Below, piece by piece: positions 15,263 to 22,468 of a stretch of DNA of 22,468 bases (the first letter of the stretch is position 1; each line of letters opens with the position of its first letter). The notes under the pieces are model-generated. The model was given only the letters and a program-made list of their open reading frames with translations. It ran no database searches and was not told where the DNA came from. The position numbers were made by a program, and so were the translations under genes. The stretch is from Archangiaceae bacterium (GTDB lineage Bacteria > Myxococcota > Myxococcia > Myxococcales > Myxococcaceae), in the NCBI GenBank assembly GCA_043750125.1, contig JAYVCD010000351.1, forward strand, positions 1 to 22,468. Reading direction: 5' to 3'.

Positions 15263-15952
15263 TCAAAGCTGCAGCGGAATCTTTCCTTCTTGAGGGCCCG
15301 CGAGAATGTTGATGTCGCGCGTCTCGAGAATTGGCGTCGGGTAGCCCTTTTTCGCAGCGTTGATCATCGCCAGACCCAGCCGTTCGGTGGTGGTAATCGT
15401 GCTCGGCAGCACCGACTTCACCACCGGCAAGAGCCACCCGAAGCCGGCGTAGAACGCGCGGTAGGAAGCAGTGCGTGACTTGATCCCCTTCAGCGGCTGA
15501 ATGAGCCCGGGGCGGAACAGGTACGTCGATTTGAACCCGAGCTTCAGCAATGCGTTCTCGGTCTTTCCCTTCACCCGGGCCCACATCACCCGGCCCTTCT
15601 CGGTGCTGTCGGACGAGGCGCCCGAGATGTAACAGAACGTCATCTTCGGGTTGGCCTTGAGCAGGGCCTGGGCGGCGGCGAGGGTCAGCTCGTAGGTCAC
15701 TTTGGTGTAGTCGGGCTCGCTCATCCCGGCGGACGAAACGCCGAGGCAGAAAAAGCAGGCGTCGTAGCCGCTGAGCGGCTGGCCTGCGTAGTTGAACATG
15801 TCAGGGAGGACGAGATCGGTGACTTTCGGGTGCTTGGTGCCGCTCGGCCCCCGGCCCACCACGAGCAGCGACTCGAGGTCGGGATCCGCCAGGCACTCGA
15901 TCAGCACGCCTTGCCCAATCATTCCGGTGCCGCCAAAGAGGATCGCCTTCAT
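15263..15952 (-). CDS. NAD(P)-binding atypical SDR / epimerase-family protein (TIP30/YraR-like)
   Basis: GGTGMIG Rossmann motif, plus YDACFFCLG, ARVKGKTEN and FRPG. Confidence 0.9.
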   Translation of the reverse strand: MKAILFGGTGMIGQGVLIECLADPDLESLLVVGRGPSGTKHPKVTDLVLPDMFNYAGQPLSGYDACFFCLGVSSAGMSEPDYTKVTYELTLAAAQALLKANPKMTFCYISGASSDSTEKGRVMWARVKGKTENALLKLGFKSTYLFRPGLIQPLKGIKSRTASYRAFYAGFGWLLPVVKSVLPSTITTTERLGLAMINAAKKGYPTPILETRDINILAGPQEGKIPLQL

Positions 15953-16006
15953 GCTTCCCGTCTACTCCCGGGCCAGTCACCAGCGGTAGGTGTTACGAGC
16001 AACCCC

Positions 16007-17407
16007 ATGTCGAAGACCATCGCCGCCCGACCTCGCGCAGTCCTGGTGGGAGTCCAACTTCCGGGCATCACCGACGCAGACCACGCCGCGGATTTGGCCG
16101 AGCTCGGCAGGCTGGTGACCACGCTGGGCTATGAGACCGTCGCGACTTTGACCCAGCGCCGCGGAGGCATGGGCTCAGGGACCGTGTTGGGAAAAGGAAA
16201 GCTGAAGCAGCTGGCGGATCTCACCGGAGGCCCGGGGGTCGTCGCGTCCGGAGCTGCCGACCGCACCTCGAAGGCCCGCGAGAAGTGGGAGCTCGAAGAG
16301 GAAGAGGAAGAAGAGAAGGCCATCGCCCTGGAAGAAGTGCCCGACGCGCCGCCAGAGCTCGCCGCTGGGCCCAAACCCACGGTGGTGATCGTGGATCACG
16401 AGTTGTCGCCCAGCCAGCTGCGCAACCTCGAGAAAGCGACCGGAGCGCAGGTGCTCGATCGCACCGGGGTGATCGTCGACATCTTCCACCGCCACGCCCG
16501 CAGCCGAGAGGCGCGGATGCAGGTCGAGATTGCGCGGCTCAACTACCTGGCTCCGCGGTTGCGCGAGTCGGCGGGCCGCAGCGAGCGCCAGCAGGGTCGA
16601 GGGTCCGGTGACTCGGCGGTCGAGCTCGATCGTCGAAAGATCCGCGACCGGCTCGCCGAGCTCAAAGAAGGGCTGGCCGCGGTGCAGCAGGAACAAGATC
16701 ACCGCCGCTATGCGCGAAGAGATCAGCTTCGGGTCGCGCTCGTCGGTTACACCAACGCGGGCAAGTCTTCGCTGATGCGGGCGCTGACGGGCAGCGAGGT
16801 GTTGGTGGCGGACCAGCTGTTCGCGACGCTCGACACGACGGTGCGCGCGCTGCACCCGGAAACCCGCCCCCGGATTCTGGTCTCGGACACCGTGGGTTTC
16901 ATCAAGAAGCTCCCGCACGACCTGGTCGCGTCATTTCGTTCGACGCTCGATGAAGCGCTCGAGGCTTCACTGCTGCTGTACGTCGTCGATGCTTCCGACC
17001 CGACGTGCGATGCGCAGCTGGAAGTGACGAAAGGGGTCCTGAAGGAGATTGGCGCTGACACCGTGCCGAGCCTGCTGCTGCTCAACAAGGCCGACCGCCT
17101 CGACCCCGCGGCGAAACAAGCAGTGCTCGCGCGGCATCCGGGGGCGATCGTCCTTTCGGCCCACGCGCCCGAGGACGCGGCGGCGCTCAGACAGACGGTG
17201 ATCGACTTCTTCGAGTCGTCGATGGTCGAGGCTGAGCTCGTCATTCCCTACGCCCGGCAGGGAAGCATCGGCGACGTGTACGAAACGGCGCGAATCGTCT
17301 CTGAAACCTTTGATGAGACGGGCCGCAAGCTGCGCGTTCGCTCGGTGCCGGCGGCGATCGCCAAGCTCGTTCGGGCGTTCGGGGCAGGGAATAACGGGGT
17401 CGACTAG
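16007..17407 (+). CDS. hflX: Ribosome-splitting GTPase HflX
   Basis: GKGKL, LSPSQLRNLE, DRTGVI..IF, G1 GYTNAGKS, G2 FATLD, G3 DTVG and G4 NKAD. I prefer ATG 16007 because the longer ORF overlaps the divergent SDR gene. Confidence 0.96.
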   Translation: MSKTIAARPRAVLVGVQLPGITDADHAADLAELGRLVTTLGYETVATLTQRRGGMGSGTVLGKGKLKQLADLTGGPGVVASGAADRTSKAREKWELEEEEEEEKAIALEEVPDAPPELAAGPKPTVVIVDHELSPSQLRNLEKATGAQVLDRTGVIVDIFHRHARSREARMQVEIARLNYLAPRLRESAGRSERQQGRGSGDSAVELDRRKIRDRLAELKEGLAAVQQEQDHRRYARRDQLRVALVGYTNAGKSSLMRALTGSEVLVADQLFATLDTTVRALHPETRPRILVSDTVGFIKKLPHDLVASFRSTLDEALEASLLLYVVDASDPTCDAQLEVTKGVLKEIGADTVPSLLLLNKADRLDPAAKQAVLARHPGAIVLSAHAPEDAAALRQTVIDFFESSMVEAELVIPYARQGSIGDVYETARIVSETFDETGRKLRVRSVPAAIAKLVRAFGAGNNGVD

Positions 17408-17422
17408 GATTTCACGCCTTCA

Positions 17423-19480
17423 ATGCGCGCTCTGCCCCTCGTCATCCTCGTGCTCTGCGCGGGCTGCAAACCCAATCGCCTCGGCGCGGTGGAAGGGGCG
17501 GTGTCTTTGGGTGCCCAGCGGGTCGACTTCCCGCTGACGTTCCTCGGCTACCCCACCGTCGCGTCGATCGAGATCCTCAATGGCTCTCGGGTGACCCACG
17601 CGATTGCCCTTCGAACCGAGGCTCCCTTCACGCTGAAGACGACCTCGTTCGATCTTCCCGGCGGCGCCAGCGTATGGGTCGAAGCGACGTTTGATCCCCT
17701 GGCGGTAGGCGACTTCCAGCAGGCGGTGAAGCTCGAGTCCGAAGATCAATCGATCGAAGCGATCTTCGCTGCCTCCGCCTTGAAGCCTCCGGCGTGCGCC
17801 GAGCAGGGTCCGTGCTGGCATTCCAGATACGACCATCCGTCGGGCAGCTGCGTTCAGGTCAACGCCGCCGACGCCACTTCATGCAACGGCGGCAGCGCGT
17901 GCCTGCTCACCTCGCAGTGCATCGCCGGGCAGTGTGTCGGCACCGCGAAAGACTGCGACGACCACGACGCGTGCACCACCGACTCGTGCGATGTGGCCAG
18001 TGGCTGCGTTCATTTCTCGGCCACCGCCCGGTGCGGCAACTCGACCAACCGCTGCCAGGCACCTGCGTGCGACCCCCGGGTGGGCTGCACCTTCACCGAT
18101 GCCCCCGACGGCACTTCCTGCGGCAGCTCGGACTGCCAGACGGCGGACATCTGCTTGTTGGGCCAGTGCACGACCGTGGCAGTCACCGACGGAGCGGCCT
18201 GCGGCAATTCCAGCCCCTGCCAGAGCCGCGGTCTTTGCGCCGGGCAGGTCTGCGTGCTTCCCGATGCGTCCGAACTCACGGCCGGGTGGACGGTGTGGGC
18301 CGAGTCGGGCCGGCACCTGCAGTGGGATTCGATCGCCGATCGCCTGGGCAACGTGTACTGGCGCGAAGCAAAGGCCGACTACAGCTCGGGCCACCTGGTG
18401 TCGGTGACGGCCGCGGGCTTCAAGCGCTTCTCGGTTCCGATTGCGTCCACCTCGCAGATGGCGCTGATCGAAGACCTCTTGATTTTGCGCGTCGGCTCGA
18501 AGCTCGAAGCCCGAAGCGTCAGTGACGGCTCACTGAAGTGGACCCGCGATTTTCCGCTCGAGATGGGTGTGGGATCTGTGTCTCTTCGCACCCTCGCGCG
18601 CGGCCCCCCCGGAATTGTGTACGTCGGGCTGGTGCGAATGGACAACGCGATGCCGACCGCCGGTTTGATCGGCAGTGGAATCGCCGCGGTGACGCTCTCG
18701 AACGGGGCCACCCAATGGGAAGTGCGGTTGCCCCAGCAGCAGATTGACGACCAGGCCACTCCGGTAGACGAGACCGGTTACGCGTACGTGGGCACCTCGG
18801 GCCTCGATGGAAAACGGCGGTATTTCGGCCTCACTCCGCAGGGGCAGATTCGGTGGGGAATCGAGAACCCGCACGCGAACCCGGCGGCGGTCTTCGGAGG
18901 CCGGGTCTACCATTGGGATCATTGGCTCTCGGAGACCTCGAGCGGGACCTGGGTCAATGCCACTCCGCCGACCCTGTTCAGCGCCGGCTTCCCGCGGCTG
19001 GCGCTCGGAGCGGTCAGCTATGTCGGCACCACCACCACGAGGGTCCCCAACTGCCTGGTCCCGGGCACCGACCAGATGGGCACGGCGATGCAGTTGGTCC
19101 GGGTAGATCCATCGACCTCGCAGATCAGCTGGACCCGCGAGATTGGGGGGGCCGCCGGAGGGCTGGAAATCACCAACACCATTCTCACCTCGCGCTCGAC
19201 GGTTCTGTTTTCGCAGCCCGAGACCTATTGCAAGACGACGAAGCGGTCGGTGCTGCGCGAAGTCTCGGCCCAGGGTGACCTTGCCTTCAGCTGCCAGTTG
19301 CCGGGAATCGAAAGCTACGTCGGGGAAGGTCTGCTCAACGCGGGGCGATGGATCGCCTCGGTCCGAGGAGAGAATGGAGCCGAGGGCGTTCGGGCGATCG
19401 ACCTCAAAGGCTTCGAGCTGCCGGCCCATGGCTGGTCGACCGCGTGGGGAAGTCCCGCCCGCGACAACCACGCGCGCTGA
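17423..19480 (+). CDS. Cys-rich lipoprotein (ASH-like Ig domain, Cys-rich repeats, PQQ-like beta-propeller)
   Basis: Lipobox CAGC. An N-terminal VDFP...I.N...PF Ig/ASH-like region is followed by CDDHDACTTDSC and DGTSC/DGAAC repeats, then C-terminal DGSLKW, NGATQW and QGQIRW propeller motifs. Confidence 0.85.
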   Translation: MRALPLVILVLCAGCKPNRLGAVEGAVSLGAQRVDFPLTFLGYPTVASIEILNGSRVTHAIALRTEAPFTLKTTSFDLPGGASVWVEATFDPLAVGDFQQAVKLESEDQSIEAIFAASALKPPACAEQGPCWHSRYDHPSGSCVQVNAADATSCNGGSACLLTSQCIAGQCVGTAKDCDDHDACTTDSCDVASGCVHFSATARCGNSTNRCQAPACDPRVGCTFTDAPDGTSCGSSDCQTADICLLGQCTTVAVTDGAACGNSSPCQSRGLCAGQVCVLPDASELTAGWTVWAESGRHLQWDSIADRLGNVYWREAKADYSSGHLVSVTAAGFKRFSVPIASTSQMALIEDLLILRVGSKLEARSVSDGSLKWTRDFPLEMGVGSVSLRTLARGPPGIVYVGLVRMDNAMPTAGLIGSGIAAVTLSNGATQWEVRLPQQQIDDQATPVDETGYAYVGTSGLDGKRRYFGLTPQGQIRWGIENPHANPAAVFGGRVYHWDHWLSETSSGTWVNATPPTLFSAGFPRLALGAVSYVGTTTTRVPNCLVPGTDQMGTAMQLVRVDPSTSQISWTREIGGAAGGLEITNTILTSRSTVLFSQPETYCKTTKRSVLREVSAQGDLAFSCQLPGIESYVGEGLLNAGRWIASVRGENGAEGVRAIDLKGFELPAHGWSTAWGSPARDNHAR

Positions 19481-19614
19481 GGACTTCAGTTGTTGCCCCG
19501 GCCTCGGCGCAGTTGCTCGAAGGCCCTGGCCTCGATTTCATTCTGCGAGGCCGACGGGCTGCGACGGCGTTCCTGCTCAATGTCCGAGGCCACTGTGCGC
19601 TATGCGGTGGACCC

Positions 19615-20397
19615 ATGAGCCAACCGACGCTGATTGATCACATCGAGACCACCCGCGACGGGCCGACGTTGATCATTCGTTTTGCCCGCCCCGAGAAGAA
19701 GAACGCGCTCACGCTCGCGATGTACAAGCGAATGACCGCTGCGCTGAACGAGGCCGCGGCGGACAAGACGGTGAGGGGGGTGGTCTTTGGCAGCACGAGT
19801 CCGATCTTCACTGCCGGAAATGACCTCGCCGACTTCATGCAGAACCAGGGCGTGACGACGGACTCGCCGGTGATGCGATTCCTCGAGGCTCTGACCACGT
19901 TCGAGAAGCCGTTGATCGCGGCGGTCGATGGGAAAGCGATCGGTCTGGGCCTGACGATGCTGCTCCACTGCGACCTGGTCTACGCCTCAGACGTGACGAC
20001 GTTCATTGCGCCGTTCGTCAGTCTGGGCCTGGTGCCTGAGGCGGCCTCGTCGCTGCTGTTGCCCCGGCTTGCGGGTCATCAACGCGCAACCGAAATTCTG
20101 CTGTTGGGAGAGCCGATCGACGCGAAGGCCGCCCACCAGATCGGCCTGGTCAACGCGGTGCTGCCGTCGGCGGAAGTGATGCCCCACGCGCTGAGCATCG
20201 CGCGCAGGCTGGCTGAGAAACCTCCGACGGCCTTGCGGCTGACGAAGGCATTGCTGAAGTCGGCCGACACCCAGTCGATCACCGATCGAATCGTCAAAGA
20301 AGGAACGCACTTCGCAGATCAGCTCGGCTCGCCTGAGGTCGCCGAGGCGATCGGCGCGTTCTTCGAAAAACGAAAGCCCGACTTCTCGAAGCTCTAA
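19615..20397 (+). CDS. Enoyl-CoA hydratase/isomerase (crotonase family)
   Basis: RPEKKNALT, FTAGNDL, KPLIAAVDG.AIG.G, PFVSLGLVPEAASS and AFFEKRKP. Start is ATG 19615. Confidence 0.95.
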   Translation: MSQPTLIDHIETTRDGPTLIIRFARPEKKNALTLAMYKRMTAALNEAAADKTVRGVVFGSTSPIFTAGNDLADFMQNQGVTTDSPVMRFLEALTTFEKPLIAAVDGKAIGLGLTMLLHCDLVYASDVTTFIAPFVSLGLVPEAASSLLLPRLAGHQRATEILLLGEPIDAKAAHQIGLVNAVLPSAEVMPHALSIARRLAEKPPTALRLTKALLKSADTQSITDRIVKEGTHFADQLGSPEVAEAIGAFFEKRKPDFSKL

Positions 20398-20406
20398 ACC
20401 GCCCGC

Positions 20407-20712
20407 TTACCGCGAGTGGCCGTTCTGGCAGACCAGTCGGCCATCGGTGCCATTGAGCTTCATGTCGCGGCCGCACACCCGGCACGACTGATTCGAGGCG
20501 CTGGCCGCCCCTTCGACAGGAGCGGCGGCGACCACGCTCAGCCGAGTCGCGCTGGGCTTGAGCTTGGCGAACTCTGCGCGAACCTTGGCGAGCAGCTCAC
20601 CGCGAACGCCCTTGTATTTGGCTTCGAGCGACGCGAGCTCCTGCATCATTTCGCGGAACTGATCATCGCGACCTTCGACGTACGTGCGCTTCAAGTGGGG
20701 GGCACCGCTCAT
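20407..20712 (-). CDS. Small hypothetical protein with a helical N-terminus and a C-terminal Zn ribbon (CxxC...CxxGH)
   Basis: AAGGAG precedes ATG 20712. 101 aa, ending CRVCGRDM...LVCQNGHSR. Confidence 0.75.
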   Translation of the reverse strand: MSGAPHLKRTYVEGRDDQFREMMQELASLEAKYKGVRGELLAKVRAEFAKLKPSATRLSVVAAAPVEGAASASNQSCRVCGRDMKLNGTDGRLVCQNGHSR

Positions 20713-21028
20713 TGAAAGCTCCTTGGGTGGCAGGGCTGCAGCCAACGGCCCGCAAGGTAGCCTCGAGGGCTGACATGTTCGGATTCGGGGCGGAAATCTA
20801 AGGGGTTGCCCGGGAAGGCCCCGCCTTCTCCACCGACGGCAATGCCCAGGCCGATCGCCACGTCGGTGGTGGTATCGCCGCCCCGCGGGTCGACCTTTTT
20901 TCCGAAGAGGCGCGAGACGACCCTGCGGAACCGCGTAGCTGCTCACTTTGCAGTGGTTGTCGTAGGAGTCGCTGCCGACGACGTAGCAGACCCCGCCCAA
21001 CCCGGTGAACTTGAGGCGCGCCGTGACT

Positions 21029-21391
21029 TCAGGGGTTCGCCGAAGTGATCAGTGATCCGGTCGCAGGGTCACCGCCTTCGACGAAGGTCGTGTGGATCGA
21101 CTGGGGGTAGTAGTTGCCGGCGACGTAGTTCGAGACCATGTAGTGAAGATGCGCTCCACACGCGCAGCCGCTGACGCCCGATAATCCGACCTGCTGCCCC
21201 TGGGTCACGGCCTGGCCCACCGCGACATCGACTGCCCACAGATGCAGGTAGAGCGCCTGGGTGCCGTCTCCGTGGTTCACGACCACGCGGTTGCCGCGGT
21301 CGGTGCAGTCGGTTCCGTTGGTGGAGGTGCACGAGGTGCAAGCGACCGGTACCCCTGAAGCACCAGGGTAGGAGGCAATTCGAGGGCGACC
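21029..21391 (-). pseudogene. 5'-truncated M23 metallopeptidase
   Basis: GNRVVVNHGDGTQALYLHL...GQAVTQGQQVGLSG.SG...GAHLHY. The frame is closed upstream by TAA at 21394-21392 and lacks the HxxxD Zn motif and a plausible start. Confidence 0.8.
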
Positions 21392-21806
21392 TTACCCAAC
21401 CGGCGAGTGTTTCGCGCACCAGACCCCGGTGGGCGACTTCGTTACCTGTGGTTAGCGGAGGCCCGGCGCGCCGCCGCAGCACGCAAACCGATTGCGCCTT
21501 GCCGTTCAGACCCTGGTGGTCGCATCGGCCACCTCCCGTCGAGCTGCGGCACAGCGGGCGCCGACGGCATTTTTCCGCCGAGGTCCAGTCGCGCGCCCGG
21601 CCCAATGTCGACTCAGGAGATCCACCGGGACACCGTGGCTGAGCGCGTCCCAGAACCATCGAGCGACGAGCCACGTTGTCGATCGCGCGATGAAAGTCCG
21701 CGACCGCGATGATCAAAATTCGCAACATGACTGATGGCTCATCGCAGCGCGCCGCCGCTGCTGCTCAGAATGTGACGGCTGCAGGGCGAGCGCTACAGTC
21801 GCGGGA

Positions 21807-22196
21807 ATGAATTGCCCGCGTTGCTTGATTCCGATGACTGCTTCCCGGCTGGACATGGCCGGCCTGCTGATTCAGGCGCACGACTGCCGCACCTGCACCG
21901 GTCATTTCATCGGCTTTTCAGACTTGAAGGCAGTCGAGTCGGTCGTCGATGTCCGATTGCTGAAGTGGCGAAACCTTCCCGGGGCCGAGACCCAGGGCCA
22001 ACTGCTCTTCTGCCCGAAGTGCCCGGGGCTCAAGCCGATGGACAAGATCGTCTCGGACCGTGACCGCCGGGTGGTGATGGACATCTGCCACATCTGCGAC
22101 AGCGTCTGGCTCGATCGCGGCGAGCTCGAGGCGATTCAGCAGCGTGGGCTGCTGGGGACCCTGGCCGACATCATTGGCGTGCTGCGGCGCGGGTAG
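21807..22196 (+). CDS. zf-TFIIB-type double Zn-ribbon protein
   Basis: CPRC..M/C..C.G and CPKC..M/D.C..C..VWLDRGELE repeats. TACAGT lies 7 nt before the ATG, which looks leaderless. Confidence 0.85.
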   Translation: MNCPRCLIPMTASRLDMAGLLIQAHDCRTCTGHFIGFSDLKAVESVVDVRLLKWRNLPGAETQGQLLFCPKCPGLKPMDKIVSDRDRRVVMDICHICDSVWLDRGELEAIQQRGLLGTLADIIGVLRRG

Positions 22197-22221
22197 CGAT
22201 GCTGGTCACCACCCTGTCGGC

Positions 22222-22468
22222 TTAGTCGTCCACCACCACGCTCACCGGGCTGCTGATCCCGGCGCGGTGGGCGAACGCGGCTCGGATGATGTGGCTCCCG
22301 GGCGAGAGGGGCACATGAAGCTCGTGGGGCCAGCCAACTTGCGCGACGGGACTGCCGTCGACCAGCCAGACGATGTCTTCAGTCGCAGGCGACACCGCTG
22401 CTGCGAGGCGAAGGGTGGCCAGCTCACGCGGGGTATCGGGGTCGTAGAGGTAGCGGGAAAGCGCTCGC
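22222..22468 (-). CDS. pbpC: C-terminal end of a probable penicillin-binding protein 1C (partial, absent from the ORF track)
   Basis: My translation reads ...RYLYDPDTPRELATLRLAAAVSPATEDIVWLVDGSPVAQVGWPHELHVPLSPGSHIIRAAFAHRAGISSPVSVVVDD*. This fits the PBP1C C-terminal DPD.P / W.VDG / L.PG.H pattern. Confidence 0.7.
   Translation of the reverse strand, partial: RALSRYLYDPDTPRELATLRLAAAVSPATEDIVWLVDGSPVAQVGWPHELHVPLSPGSHIIRAAFAHRAGISSPVSVVVDD

Noticed and set aside
17790..18260. Cys-rich repeats as a novel repeat system
   Set aside because: Typical Cys-rich repeats of myxobacterial-type secreted lipoproteins, fully explained by the CDS.
21400..21790. ORFs in this gap (21407..21712, 21492..21734, 21069..21728)
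   Set aside because: R/P/A-rich translations without motifs or clear codon bias. None is supportable.
1..22468. CRISPR array, tRNA, rRNA, or intact transposase/integrase
   Set aside because: By eye I saw no regularly spaced direct repeats, cloverleaf or rRNA signatures, or full-length DDE or recombinase ORFs.

Overview
High-GC bacterial DNA. The gene content (Cys-rich lipoprotein, zf-TFIIB-type protein, long HflX) suggests Myxococcota, which is an inference. The window has three parts. (1) About 1-9300 looks accessory. It holds a DUF4160-like toxin-antitoxin-type pair at the left edge, a conserved hypothetical gene, a 3' remnant of an XerC/D-like tyrosine recombinase followed by a perfect 20-bp palindrome, and a single-ring AAA+ ATPase with an unusual N-domain. 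These are followed by a coiled-coil protein, a Zn-ribbon/Ig-like (ASH/MSP-like) protein, two tandem lipoproteins (a C39-like cysteine peptidase and a beta-propeller protein) and a vapBC module. (2) About 9350-20700 is mostly housekeeping. A minus-strand run encodes an FAD oxidoreductase, a class A PBP, def and DoxX. Then come a hemerythrin with a small Pro-rich secreted protein, an atypical SDR, hflX, a Cys-rich lipoprotein, an enoyl-CoA hydratase/isomerase and a small Zn-ribbon protein. (3) About 20750-21400 holds gene debris including a truncated M23 peptidase, followed by a zf-TFIIB protein and the 3' end of a probable pbpC. I saw no rRNA, tRNA or CRISPR array. All family calls come from recognising motifs by eye, not from database searches. 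The best candidates for undescribed biology are the AAA/coiled-coil/Zn-ASH cluster and the peptidase-propeller lipoprotein pair.
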